DNA of 64,000 nt from Octopus bimaculoides (GCF_001194135.2 NC_068991.1:2318555-2382554); one strand, 5' to 3'. Shown: positions 49,139 through 63,965, counted from the stretch's first letter. The notes: generated by a model from the sequence alone, not told the origin. A program made the numbers and translations.

Positions 49139-49960
49139 GCAACAACAACAATAATAGTGCACACACGCTCTCCACTCACTATCTGACATAGACACTTCAC
49201 CGCAACTACGAAATATCTCATTTGATAATTAATCGGTGAATATTTTGCAAAGAATGCACTAATTTAATTTTTTTCCAACGATAACTAATTAATGAAAATT
49301 AAAATAAATAATACAAAAACAAATTAAATTGTTTATATCATCTTCATAAACCGTTTTAAAATTCTTCATATATTTCTGCAGTGAGTTAGTTTGTTTTGTT
49401 AAATTTAGTATTAATATTTTTATTATATGTATATGTATGTACACATATAGCTGCATTAATACAAATACATTCAGAAATATATACATGCGCATTTATATAT
49501 ATATATATATATNNNNNNNNNNNNNNNNNNNNNNNNNNNNNNNNNNNNNNNNNNNNNNNNNNNNNNNNNNNNNNNNNNNNNNNNNNNNNNNNNNNNNNNN
49601 NNNNNNNNNNNNNNNNNNNNNNNNNNNNNNNNNNNNNNNNNNNNNNNNNNNNNNNNNNNNNNNNNNNNNNNNNNNNNNNNNNNNNNNNNNNNNNNNNNNN
49701 NNNNNNNNNNNNNNNNNNNNNNNNNNNNNNNNNNNNNNNNNNNNNNNNNNNNNNNNNNNNNNNNNNNNNNNNNNNNNNNNNNNNNNNNNNNNNNNNNNNN
49801 NNNNNNNNNNNNNNNNNNNNNNNNNNNNNNNNNNNNNNNNNNNNNNNNNNNNNNNNNNNNNNNNNNNNNNNNNNNNNNNNNNNNNNNNNNNNNNNNNNNN
49901 NNNNNNNNNNNNNNNNNNNNNNNNNNNNNNNNNNNNNNNNNNNNNNNNNNNNNNNNNNNN

Positions 49961-50001
<41 letters not shown>

Positions 50002-50544
50002 TGGTTGTGTGTATGTATGTATGTATACTACGGGTTTCCATTCAGTCTCTACAAGCCAGATTTTCTTAAAAGTTATTGCTAATCCGAGTCTTTAGTAGAA
50101 GTCATGGTACCACGCAATAATATGAAATTCGGAACCAAATATTTCAAAAAATTCTCAAGTATACTGACATGTAACCACCAAGGACTATCACTTCTGATCA
50201 AAATACCTCCTTGTTTATTCCACTCACTGATTGGCTGTTAGCATCAACTTAATTATTACCGTGCAAGTTGATAATATAGGAGAGAACTTCAACGATCATT
50301 ATAAATGTGCGTCCCCAGGGTAACAGCTGGAACGCTGTGGCCGAAGAGATGCTTTTTATATGCTCTTTTGATTGTTTCTTGTCAACGTAAACAATTTATC
50401 CTCCGGGGACCGCGAACGCTCTACATACATCCGTGTCTCTTGGTGTATACAATAAAAATTACCAATATATGTGTATGTGTGCACGTATACGTGTGAGTGC
50501 GCTCGTGTGCGTGCGCGCATGCGCATATGTATATATATATACAT

Positions 50545-50581
<37 letters not shown>

Positions 50582-51616
50582 CATACATACATTCATGCAT
50601 ATATCTCTCTATATATCTATGTATGTATAATTCATATATACTCGCACATATATGTAAATAATGCACACACAAACACATATAGACAGGATATTATTGACAA
50701 AGACGCTTCAAAACTATTAATATTAATATCAATTTCTTTATGCTGGTATTGAGTCTTTTATTCAGTTAATATTTGCAGTTTTTAAGCTCATAAAAGCAGT
50801 TATTTTTAATTTTATATATGTATATATATATTCACTTTCGCGTTGATTATCGGAAAGAAGAGTACTCGGTGCTTTCGAAGAAATTAATATTTTTAATTTG
50901 GTGAAGTCAGTCAGTTGCCATTGTGAGTTTCGCTTGTGGTCGAAACTCACTGTACCAATAGTCTGATTCGACCAAAATAGTAATATGATGATGTGTGTGT
51001 GAGGAAGAAGGGAAAAAGTATTTAATACGGAGTATAGCATATCGTTATGCCGTAAATTTTCATTTTTAGTATACCATCCTCACGACAGTTTGGTTTAAGG
51101 AAGTGTCCATTTGGCCAATTTAGAATCGGAGCCTCAGCTTTTCTTTGAATAAGGTCAACAACATTTATGAGAATTTGTAACTCCGAGATGAAATGAAACA
51201 TTTGACATTAGGGAAACAGTTTTGTATCAGAAATATTGTTGCTAGTCGAGCAAAATTAGCTGAATTTCGCGTATTATTATGGCCTTTGCTTTTGTAACAA
51301 TGTTTCATTTTATCGTGAGGTCCTTGTTTTCCCCCATTTTCCTAAAATCAAATGTATTTCTCATTATAATTTCCTAATAGAGAAATAGGAGCTCTCAGTA
51401 ACATGAATGATATGAAAGCTGCATTTCTTTGACAAAATGTTTCTTCGAAAACATGACTTCAGAAGAAAATTTTGGCTTCAGTCCATTATTAATCTCGCCT
51501 ATAACATGTAGCTGAACAAATTGGATATGCATTTAACAAATAAAAATATTAAGATAACACGTCTGAACAACAAGAACATAAACACAAAATGACATGAAAG
51601 TTTGGTACTCTGATTC

Positions 51617-51662
<46 letters not shown>

Positions 51663-52964
51663 NNNNNNNNNNNNNNNNNNNNNNNNNNNNNNNNNNNNNN
51701 NNNNNNNNNNNNNNNNNNNNNNNNNNNNNNNNNNNNNNNNNNNNNNNNNNNNNNNNNNNNNNNNNNNNNNNNNNNNNNNNNNNNNNNNNNNNNNNNNNNN
51801 NNNNNNNNNNNNNNNNNNNNNNNNNNNNNNNNNNNNNNNNNNNNNNNNNNNNNNNNNNNNNNNNNNNNNNNNNNNNNNNNNNNNNNNNNNNNNNNNNNNN
51901 NNNNNNNNNNNNNNNNNNNNNNNNNNNNNNNNNNNNNNNNNNNNNNNNNNNNNNNNNNNNNNNNNNNNNNNNNNNNNNNNNNNNNNNNNNNNNNNNNNNN
52001 NNNNNNNNNNNNNNNNNNNNNNNNNNNNNNNNNNNNNNNNNNNNNNNNNNNNNNNNNNNNNNNNNNNNNNNNNNNNNNNNNNNATATTTATCATTATAAA
52101 TATACAGGGATTAGCAATTGAGTTGCTTCTCCAACATACTGAAAATTTAGAAATAGCAGTCAAAGAACTACTGATTCCAAACTACAAATTTTTCTCTAAA
52201 GTGGATGGCGATATTTATGGCACACATAGAACAAAAAACCGATAAAGTTTTACCGATAAAGGTTTTTTTCATACTGAACTACTTGGCAGAATTGTTAATT
52301 ATTAATTCTATTATTAATTGACGATTCTCTGCCCTTATTCTTGTATATTGTATATATATATATATATATATATATAAATTTGTAAACAAACCCGAGGGCA
52401 GTAAATTACGGAGAAGACCGACACACATAGGTCCTTTTTAATAATAACTATAATTATATATTGTTTAGGTTTAGTCGCATTTAGTGGAGCGTATATTATT
52501 AAATGATATATATATATATATAATAAATAATTTGTACGAATAAGTAAAAGTCGATTAGTGTGTTTAAATGTTGAGTAAGGCACCAGCACATTTTAGGCTA
52601 CCTGTTGTCATTTGCAATTGTGGTACACTTCCGTTGGAGCTACTTCAGGAATCTCCTCAGTGGCAGTTAGGGCATGTTATAACAAGAAAGTCGACACTAA
52701 AAATCTCTGATGAGACATCTTTATCAATGTACCCAGACTGATGGGTCGAAACATACGTTGTACTTAATAAAATTCTAATACGAAATCCATCTCATATTAG
52801 TTAATTAGTTAATTAATTAATTAATCAATTAATTAATATGTATGTATGTATGTTTGTATGTATGTATGTGTGTGTGTATGTATGTATCTATGTATCAAAA
52901 TGATTAAAACTCTCTCGAATTGTCACCTTATTAAACGGGATGTTTATCCTGTGTAAGCGATTTA

Positions 52965-53165
52965 GAAATACCTGAGTGCTCCTTGAATGGGACACCCGTC
53001 GGCCATGGAACCGCCTCTCGAAGCTACTGTTGATAATTAGTTGAGTGCGCTAAAGCTACGAGAAACGAAAGTACCTTGCTGAAGAACCCATCGTGCTACT
53101 CGATCTGGGATTCGAACTTAAAGCCGTTCGACTCTAGGCGCAATACACCAATCACTGGGTCACAT
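52965..53165 (-). mobile_element. Old tRNA-derived SINE
   Basis: 'gtaccttgctgaagaac...ctgggattcgaactta' is the reverse complement of a B-box and central domain; 'gaatgggacacccgtc' upstream. Heavily decayed. Confidence 0.5.
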
Positions 53166-53492
53166 GGTTTCATACACACAAACAACACACATACACACAA
53201 ACAAATATATAAGTATTTTCACTTTGAGCGTATATATGTGTACGTGTGTATAACCGTGCGTGCACAGTTATAAGTGTGTATATATGCACACTTACACACA
53301 CACACACACATATAAGCGTGTGTGTGTGTACGTGCGTATGTGTATGTGTATGTGTGTGTGTGTGTATATGTGTGTTCTGGGTGGGTTGGTGATATTAAGA
53401 AAACATTTTCAATATTTCAACAATTCCAAATGTCAGGATGATAAATAGTTTTCATGATTTATTCACTTCTATGGTATACACACATACATATA

Positions 53493-53537
<45 letters not shown>

Positions 53538-54007
53538 CAATATATGTATATGTGTATGCGTATGTGTGTATGCGTATGTGTGTGTGTGTGTGTATGCATG
53601 TATGTTTCAAACTCACACTCTACTCACGAGTATATAAGACTCAGTTTTACATGTAGCGAATTATTTGGAAATAATTTCTCAGCAATTTTCAGTTTTGATT
53701 TGATGACGTTAAACTTTAAATTACACACTTTAAATATTTGCTTTATTTAATTTTCCGTTCAATCTCAATCAAACAGTTTATTTACTCTCGGCTTCATCTA
53801 TTGGCCAGAAACACTTTTCCCGCCTGCAACATTCAGCCTCACACATTTGCGTAAATCTATTCGACGTCTTTTGCCACAGTTATTCCTTCTTCCCCCAGTA
53901 GTACATTGATAACCAATCACCCCTAGCCAAATTCCAAGTCACCGATCTCATTGATTCTGCCAACAATCAACCATAGTTTATCGCACAACCTATAAATTTT
54001 GCCCCAA

Positions 54008-54660
54008 GCGGCGAGCTGGCAGTACCTTTAGAACGTCGGCTATTTAGGTTTTGAGTTCGATTCCCATAGGGACCAGCTTTATCTTTCATTCGTTCGGGGT
54101 CGATCAAAATAAAGTACCCTCTAAGTACTGGGTCGATGTAGTCGACTTGCTCTTCCTTTACAATTGCTGGCCTCGAACCCTGCACCCTTAAATCGGAGAC
54201 TCGTTCAGAGGAGATGTTGTGATGTCTTATTCACCATGGAAACCGGGTATCTGTCCTTATGAATCGTAAGGTTCGAATGAACACTCCCACAGAGCTTTTC
54301 TAATCTTAAATTCTGATTTTAACTATTCTCATAATTTAAAACTCTTTTTACTTGTTTCAGTCACTAGGCTGCGGTCATACTGGGGCACCGCCTTGAAGAC
54401 TTTTCACTCAAATGAATCGCCACCAGTGCTCGTTTTTCTTTTTCTAAAGCATGTTATCTTTTTCTATCGGAATCTTTTGCCGAACCGCTAAGTTACGGGG
54501 ACGCAAACACACCTTTCAGTTTCCTTCTACCAAATCCACTCAAAAGGCTTTGGTTGGCCCGGGGCATAATAGGAAATATTAGCCCAAGGTGTCACGCAGT
54601 AAGACTGAACCGGGTATGTGCTTGGGACGCAAGCTTCTTTACCACATAGCCACATCTGCA
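54008..54660. mobile_element. SINE B (plus, 54008-54180) and SINE A (minus, 54342-54660, lacking the internal microsatellite)
   Basis: 'gcggcgagctggcag...gagttcgattc...ttcggggtcgatcaaaataaagtacc'. In the A copy the tail 'ggggacgcaaacacacc' joins the head 'tttcagtttcc' directly. Confidence 0.85.
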
Positions 54661-54751
54661 TTTTGAATTAAAATCAAGGACTTAAACAGTCTAGAGAAGA
54701 GAGAGAGAGAAAGGGGGTGGGAGAGAGAGAGAGGGCTGGGAGAGAGAGAGA

Positions 54752-54833
<82 letters not shown>

Positions 54834-55826
54834 CGGTGATATTGCTTTCTCTGTAGAGAAAGCAATGTATTATCAGTTTATCATAATCCATTTTACGAAA
54901 ACCTGCATCGAAATTCAGATTTGAGATGAAATCGTATTCCTGAATGTTAATCCCCGCTAGAAACAAATCTACATCGAAAATAAAATTTAGAAAAATAAAA
55001 TAATTATGTCATTAACAAGAAAGTAAATTCACGTCATCGTGAATTAAAGACATCACTCAGAAACTGTAAAACAAAATGTATTCCATATGCAAGCACACAC
55101 TTTCAATTGTTTTTGCTACGTACAAAAACACACACTCACAAACACACACACACACACACGCACACACACAAACACACACGTATATTATCTTTGAGTAAAT
55201 GAGTGTGCCTTCACACACATACATACAAATACATTATCACACAATTTATGAACGTCTCTTTCATTTAGACATCTACGCACACATCTCAACATCTGTTCTG
55301 AAACATATCTTAACCCTATACGGATACTACAATGAGAAATCTGGCGAAGTCAAGACACACCGGTGTCTTTATAGGATATACAACCACACCCCTGATATAA
55401 ATCTATTATCAACCTGCCTGATATGCAATATGACTATCGGATATCTCATGGCTCTTGTGAATATCCAGGAAAACTCCGTGTGGTCCTTGAAAAATATATA
55501 AAGCTAAGTATGAAATGATACTGACATGAAATAACCCCTCTGTTTCTGCTGTGTGGGATGTGAATGACACACGATTCGATGGCTTCTAGCATTGCAGACA
55601 ATATACGCATATATATATATGTGTGTGCGTGTGTGTGTGTGTGTGTAAATACATGTATGTGTGTGTGCATGTGTGAGTGTGTGAATGTAAATATGTATTC
55701 ATGTATGTGTGTGTGTATATATATACATTCATATATAAATATATATGTATACATATTATTATTATTAGTAGTAGTAATAGTAATAGTAGTAGTAGTAGCA
55801 GTAGTAGTAGCAGCGGAAGCAGCATC

Positions 55827-55878
<52 letters not shown>

Positions 55879-57721
55879 AGAATAATGATAATGATAATAA
55901 CACACACAAACACACAGAAATGCCATGGACTCTTCCGTCGTGAGACCCCGTACGAGGGCTCAGCGAATCCTTACCAAACAACCACGCAGTTGATTTGTTT
56001 ATAGGGATCAAATGTTTGTGTAGACATAAGCTCACTCCCTCCATCAAATCGACATTACCTGTACAGGTGCCCCGTGTGCCACATGTCCAGATGATCACAG
56101 AGCAACGGTGAAATGAAGTGCTGGGAATCGAACTCACGATCTCGCAATATATATATATATATACAAGTACCAGTTGAAGGCTGGAGTCGGTGTGTGTGTG
56201 TGAGTATGTGTGCATTTTTTTTTTACATAACTTTCGTCAGACGAGCGCGCTGTCACGTGAAACTGGAAAGGAATCCAGTTGAAATAAACTGTACACTCAT
56301 TAGCACAAGTATTCTGTACTGTCTTGCTCATTCCTCGGCAGGAAATAACGTTTGAATATACTGATATATATTAGTTCGTCCGTCGTTGACGACGATGATC
56401 AAGGATATCAGAAAGGAGAAGGAGACGGGACACAGTGTGTGCGGCTGTGACCAATCAGTTCGATGCATGCTCGGAAGGCTCTGCTTCAGGTTGGACACTT
56501 GTGGTGTCATGGGACTGAAGGCGAAGATTTGGCCCTAAACTTGCGCAGTTCGCATTTTGTCTGTGTCCTTGCATGTCTGTATGCATGTGTGTGTGTGTGT
56601 GTTTATGCGTTCAAGCGTGTGTCCTAGTTTAGTGATATTTATATAATTTAAAATACTATATAACAACATAGATATACAACATAATACGTACTACTGTTTC
56701 CAATAAATAGAAGAATTTTACAGAGTATATAATTTGAAATATTACCACCTGGTAATATTATCGACAGACATATGAAATGAAAAATTCAATAAACGTGAGA
56801 TTATGTTTGATATCCAATCATAAACTGGTAATTGACTTAGAAGCAAAATAAACACCGTCAGCAATAACAAATTCCAAGCACACAGTCTGTTAAATATAAA
56901 AATTTATAAGTTCAGATAGCAATAGGAAAATTATAAGTTTTATGACTTTTACCGTTATATTGGACATATAATTAGCACGCTTTCCCGTCGCTTGACTATG
57001 CATCTGCAACGTTGACATATTTTCCAGATTTGCTGTGATTCTTAGCCATTTTTCTATCTACAGACCCCTTTGATTACTATTCTGTTTCGTGGACCCCCGT
57101 AGCCATTTGATGTTTAAAAATTAGTTTTATAGACTTCTTTCAAGATTCCTATCTGATTTTTCACACATTAACTTGTGTAGGTTGAACTATGTAAAACATT
57201 CGACAGCCGTTTCTTGAAATAAATACATCTAAAGCACAACATTTTTTCATGGACCCTAAATAGACTGCTGTTGCATTTGATTTGAAACCACGTGATGGAA
57301 CTGACACGATTAAATCACGGAAGCACTAATTTTAGGACAATTAAAATCATCCAAAATCTGTATTCTTGCCTTTGCGGAGATTTTATTTTAGCAACTAGAT
57401 TGTGTGCTATGATTTCATTTAAACTTCCAGGACCACGTCACTGAAGCAATTTCACTGAAACGCAATGGAACTATGTCGAACACCAGGTCTGAGAAATGCA
57501 ATAAAAATGCTTGACACTTTGGTGCGGCAGGTAATAATATTTAGATATTTATCAAAAGTGAAGGAGTAAAATCCATTTTGCTCTGTGCAATTGTTTATCT
57601 TGGTGTGTGTTTATCGTGAAGCATCTCAACAGACTTAGATATTTGGTATCCTCATAATATTATTTATATTTGCTATCCTTTCTCCTTGAAGATTCCTCAT
57701 TCAATAGCTGTTACTCTCTCA

Positions 57722-57803
<82 letters not shown>

Positions 57804-59393
57804 CTATGTCTGTCTATCTATATATACATACATACAAACAAACTTACATATATACATACATACATACATACATACGTACGTACGTACGTACGTACATACA
57901 TGCATACATACATATATACATGCATACATACATACATACGTACGTACGTACATACATGCATACATACGAACAAAAATACCCTGTTGTTGATGTTGAAATT
58001 CCAATGAAGGAACCTTGGATCTAGGTTAGAAACCGGTTCTTTCTCTATTGGCAAGAAATCTTGAAATAAACTGAAATAATGACATACTTATATAATTTCT
58101 GATCGAAATTCAAATATTATTTTTATAGGGAGGCAAGAGTGGTTTAGATCTAACCTCCGTGTCACACTGCGTCTTATATAAACATTCTTGGAAGAATGAC
58201 ACACATCGTTACACGTGAGCACCTACTACACACACAGACACTTGCACACAGACTCATACACACATACACATAGGATATGAGCCAACATATATAATGGATT
58301 GCCTTGTTGTTGCTTAGCCCAAGTCAGATCTGATAGAGCAGATATGCAAACAACGACACTCCAGACATGACAATCCCGCCATTTTTCCCAGTTCATCTAG
58401 AACTACATATTCAATCTGCTTTTCTCCTCATTTAAGTTGTGGCTTGTAATCTGAGGACAACATGGACATTATTTCTAATAGGGTGAAGGACTATATGTAA
58501 ACTTCGTCGATGTCTTGCATATATTTTGCGATTACACATAGCGTCACAGGTGCTCTCGGGTGGAAATAAAGCACTACTTCATCTCTAAATATAAGTATAT
58601 AAATAATACAACAGGAATTCTTTAAAATTTGAATTATTGATAATGTTTTATACATGTGCTGTTAATATTTGCACAATATTGTTTACGTGAAACACTCCCA
58701 CCCACATATATATGTAACATGACCGCAGCCGCATGGATGACACGAATGAAAGAATGAAAGAAAACACACATGTATGTGTGTGTATATGTAAATATAAATA
58801 TGATATATATATTCATATTTATTTGATATATATATATATATATATATATANNNNNNNNNNNNNNNNNNNNNNNNNNNNNNNNNNNNNNNNNNNNNNNNNN
58901 NNNNNNNNNNNNNNNNNNNNNNNNNNNNNNNNNNNNNNNNNNNNNNNNNNNNNNNNNNNNNNNNNNNNNNNNNNNNNNNNNNNNNNNNNNNNNNNNNNNN
59001 NNNNNNNNNNNNNNNNNNNNNNNNNNNNNNNNNNNNNNNNNNNNNNNNNNNNNNNNNNNNNNNNNNNNNNNNNNNNNNNNNNNNNNNNNNNNNNNNNNNN
59101 NNNNNNNNNNNNNNNNNNNNNNNNNNNNNNNNNNNNNNNNNNNNNNNNNNNNNNNNNNNNNNNNNNNNNNNNNNNNNNNNNNNNNNNNNNNNNNNNNNNN
59201 NNNNNNNNNNNNNNNNNNNNNNNNNNNNNNNNNNNNNNNNNNNNNNNNNNNNNNNNNNNNNNNNNNNNNNNNNNNNNNNNNNNNNNNNNNNNNNNNNNNN
59301 NNNNNNNNNNNNNNNNNNNNNNNNNNNNNNNNNNNNNNNNNNNNNNNNNNNNNNNNNNNNNNNNNNNNNNNNNNNNNNNNNNNNNNNNNNNNN

Positions 59394-59424
<31 letters not shown>

Positions 59425-59905
59425 ACAGACATTTAGATCTATATATTTGTCCATGTATATCTACACACTCACACATACACACACATATATACATATATAC
59501 ATACAGTATAAAGTATGCAATTATAACATGCGTTTTCTCCATTCCTTAAATTCTTACATATATACATATATATGCATGCATCCCTTTCTCTAAGCGTGTA
59601 TACATAAATCTACCCACATATTTCTGCGAGAATGTCTCTCTCTCTTATTCTCCAAGTAGAAGAATTAAAAGGTATAAACATCAATTGCAGAACGTAGGCT
59701 TTTATTTAATTTTATTTCTACGTTCACTCCTTTATACACAACTTGCGTTTTATAGGCTTTCTAAGCAATGTTAACAACCCATCTCACAACACTTCACTTA
59801 AACTACACTAATATATACAAGTGGACATTACTCTATTGTACTTCAGTATTTATGTATAGAGAAATTATTCTATCGCAATACAAATGAAAGTGTTCTCCCG
59901 TCAGA

Positions 59906-59955
<50 letters not shown>

Positions 59956-60016
59956 GATCTATCTATCTACATTTTTACCTCTATATCTATATATATATGT
60001 ATACATACAAGCACAA

Positions 60017-60051
<35 letters not shown>

Positions 60052-60344
60052 TACACTTGATGTTATTTTGGTTCTCTCTACTAGAACGTTCTCCTCAAAA
60101 TATGAATGTTCTACTTAAAGGCTGCGACCATTATTACAAACCAATGAGATATTCTATTTGAAGTTTCCGTTCTTCCTTTTTGTCTCAAAGACTTTTGTCC
60201 GTAAAATATGATCACGTGACCACTTGGCTGCAGAACAACCGTATATTTATTGCACAAACAAAACTGTACTGTTTTTTTTTTGTTGTTGTTGTTCCTGGAA
60301 ATACCTTTTTGTCTATAAGTCTATGTCTATCAATTCTATTCTGG

Positions 60345-60407
<63 letters not shown>

Positions 60408-60480
60408 GTCTATCTATCTATCAGCCGGTCTGCCTGTTTGTCTGTCCACATATGTGTGTGTCTGTGTATGTGTATATATA

Positions 60481-61135
60481 TGCGCAGGAGTGGCTGTATG
60501 GTAAAGTNNNNNNNNNNNNNNNNNNNNNNNNNNNNNNNNNNNNNNNNNNNNNNNNNNNNNNNNNNNNNNNNNNNNNNNNNNNNNNNNNNNNNNNNNNNNN
60601 NNNNNNNNNNNNNNNNNNNNNNNNNNNNNNNNNNNNNNNNNNNNNNNNNNNNNNNNNNNNNNNNNNNNNNNNNNNNNNNNNNNNNNNNNNNNNNNNNNNN
60701 NNNNNNNNNNNNNNNNNNNNNNNNNNNNNNNNNNNNNNNNNNNNNNNNNNNNNNNNNNNNNNNNNNNNNNNNNNNNNNNNNNNNNNNNNNNNNNNNNNNN
60801 NNNNNNNNNNNNNNNNNNNNNNNNNNNNNNNNNNNNNNNNNNNNNNNNNNNNNNNNNNNNNNNNNNNNNNNNNNNNNNNNNNNNNNNNNNNNNNNNNNNN
60901 NNNNNNNNNNNNNNNNNNNNNNNNNNNNNNNNNNNNNNNNNNNNNNNNNNNNNNNNNNNNNNNNNNNNNNNNNNNNNNNNNNNNNNNNNNNNNNNNNNNN
61001 NNNNNNNNNNNNNNNNNNNNNNNNNNNNNNNNNNNNNNNNNAGTACTAGGCCTACAAAGAATAAGTCATGGGGTCGATTTGTTCGACTAAAAAGCGGTGT
61101 TCCAGCATGGCCGCACTCAAATGACTTACAAAAAA
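60481..61135 (+). mobile_element. SINE family A head start and tail on either side of a gap
   Basis: 'tgcgcaggagtggctgtatggtaaagt' N-run 'aagaataagtcatggggtcgatttgttcgactaa...ccagcatggccgcac'. Confidence 0.7.
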
Positions 61136-61240
61136 AAAATAAAAGAATATATATATATATTTGTAAAAGAAACATCCTTTTTCATGTCTTACTCTTTTCG
61201 AAACTTTCTCGATTCTAATTGATAATATGACACAATGTTA

Positions 61241-61450
61241 GAGGCGAGCTGGCAGAAACGTTAGCATGCTGGGCGAAATGCTTAGCGGTATTTCGTCTGC
61301 CGCTACGTTCTGAGTTCAAATTCTGCCGAGATCGACTTTGCATTTCATCCTTTTAGAGGTCGATAAATTAAGTACCAGTTGCGTACTGGTGTCAATCTAA
61401 TCGACTGGTCCCCTCCCCCCAAAATTGCGGGCCATGTGCCTAGAGTAGAA
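61241..61450 (+). mobile_element. SINE family B (variant tail ...gtgcctagagtagaaaagaata)
   Basis: Full head, B-box 'gagttcaaattc' and central 'gatcgactttgcatttcatcc...gtcgataaattaagtaccag'. Confidence 0.92.
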
Positions 61451-61759
61451 AAGAATATAACACGATGTTACTGAACTTTCAACCATGCATGACTGTTAAG
61501 AAATTCATCAAACAATTGAGCTTGCATTAAGGTCTATCTCTGTTTAGACTGTTGATTAACAGCCCAGTTAAGATGGTATTTTCTTCATCTCCTACTCTTG
61601 TATTTGCACACGACTTTCTGAAATGAACTTCCATTATGCAGCTGAGGAGTACATTTTCANNNNNNNNNNNNNNNNNNNNNNNNNNNNNNNNNNNNNNNNN
61701 NNNNNNNNNNNNNNNNNNNNNNNNNNNNNNNNNNNNNNNNNNNNNNNNNNNNNNNNNNN

Positions 61760-61792
<33 letters not shown>

Positions 61793-61865
61793 GTCTATCT
61801 ATCTATCAGCCGGTCTGCCTGTTTGTCTGTCCACATATGTGTGTGTCTGTGTATGTGTATATATA

Positions 61866-62865
61866 TGCGCAGGAGTGGCTGTATGGTAAAGTAGCTTGTT
61901 TACCAGCCACATGGTTCCGGGTTCAGACCCACTGCATAGCCGACCAAAGTATTGTAAGTGGATTTGGTAGATGGAAACTGAAAGAAGCCCGCCGTATATA
62001 TATATATATATATNNNNNNNNNNNNNNNNNNNNNNNNNNNNNNNNNNNNNNNNNNNNNNNNNNNNNNNNNNNNNNNNNNNNNNNNNNNNNNNNNNNNNNN
62101 NNNNNNNNNNNNNNNNNNNNNNNNNNNNNNNNNNNNNNNNNNNNNNNNNNNNNNNNNNNNNNNNNNNNNNNNNNNNNNNNNNNNNNNNNNNNNNNNNNNN
62201 NNNNNNNNNNNNNNNNNNNNNNNNNNNNNNNNNNNNNNNNNNNNNNNNNNNNNNNNNNNNNNNNNNNNNNNNNNNNNNNNNNNNNNNNNNNNNNNNNNNN
62301 NNNNNNNNNNNNNNNNNNNNNNNNNNNNNNNNNNNNNNNNNNNNNNNNNNNNNNNNNNNNNNNNNNNNNNNNNNNNNNNNNNNNNNNNNNNNNNNNNNNN
62401 NNNNNNNNNNNNNNNNNNNNNNNNNNNNNNNNNNNNNNNNNNNNNNNNNNNNNNNNNNNNNNNNNNNNNNNNNNNNNNNNNNNNNNNNNNNNNNNNNNNN
62501 NNNNNNNNNNNNNNNNNNNNNNNNNNNNNNNNNNNNNNNNNNNNNNNNNNNNNNNNNNNNNNNNNNNNNNNNNNNNNNNNNNNNNNNNNNNNNNNNNNNN
62601 NNNNNNNNNNNNNNNNNNNNNNNNNNNNNNNNNNNNNNNNNNNNNNNNNNNNNNNNNNNNNNNNNNNNNNNNNNNNNNNNNNNNNNNNNNNNNNNNNNNN
62701 NNNNNNNNNNNNNNNNNNNNNNNNNNNNNNNNNNNNNNNNNNNNNNNNNNNNNNNNNNNNNNNNNNNNNNNNNNNNNNNNNNNNNNNNNNNNNNNNNNNN
62801 NNNATAAATGAAGTTTGTACGAAACGTACGTACTGCTATAACCTAATACATTTTTGTTGCTTTTC

Positions 62866-62908
<43 letters not shown>

Positions 62909-63588
62909 ACATCTTTCATTTGTCGCCTACCAAATCCACTCAAATGGCTTTGATGGGCCCGAGGCTTTGGTAGAAGACACTTGCCCAAGGTGCCACGCAG
63001 TGGGAATGAACTCGGTACTATGTGGTTGGGAAGCAAACTTCTTACTACACAACCACACTCAAAGAATTATTGTATATAAGAGCCAAGGCTTAGAAAGTAG
63101 GAGGTGGGAGGGGTGTGAGTTGAAAGGATGAAACGAATCTGATAGAAAAATTAAATGACGGGATGAAAAGGTTTTTCCAGAATTAATAAACAAATGTGTC
63201 GAATCTAAGCTCTCGTTACCCAGAAATTGTTCAATAAACAATCTCCATCGCAAGGTTAATGTGACATAAATGACAGCGAATAAACCGAGTGTACCACGCT
63301 TCTTAATTAGAAATTGGTTCATCAAAGGATTAAACAAATAAAACAGCGTTGCTCAATATATGTACCCACCCAAACATTATTCATACCTATAGATTGTATA
63401 AAAGCGCGCATGCGTGTATACAAACAAAAGCGCGCGTGCACGAACACACACGCGCGTATGCACACAGTCCGATAAAGTAAGTACCAGGCTTACAAAAAAT
63501 AAGTCCTGGGGTGGAATTCGTTCGACTAAAGGCGGTGCCCCAGCATGGCCGCAGTTAAAATGACTGAAACAAAAGAGTGAAAGAATAA
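61866..63588. mobile_element. SINE family A pieces: head plus (61866-61995), head minus (62911-63058), tail plus (63466-63588)
   Basis: The same diagnostic head and tail motifs as the other family A copies. Confidence 0.85.
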
Positions 63589-63809
63589 TAGAATACACAC
63601 ACACACACACACACATGCACACATATAATGCTTAAATAAATACATACAAACACACACACATACATACATATATGAATACACAAATACACACACACGTACA
63701 TACATACACATATACATACAGACATTAATGCACACACACGCATACACACACACACATATGTACATTTATAGACACACGCAATCATACTAAATTGGATGTG
63801 TAGAATTAA

Positions 63810-63965
63810 AGAGCAGGTTTATTGCAGGCTGAACAGAATGAATGGTGAGATCCAGGTAGTTCAGCTGGGTGTGAGATTCTGTGGAAATGATGTGGATATA
63901 ATGTCGAAGATGTGACTCACATTATTGATAGCTGTCCGAGAATGACATCACAGTACAATTGGGGC
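63810..63965 (+). mobile_element. RLE-type LINE zinc-knuckle remnant
   Basis: LQAEQ...RFCGNDV [frameshift] VEDVTHIIDSCPRMTSQY, matching CR.C....ET..HI.S.CP. Confidence 0.65.
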
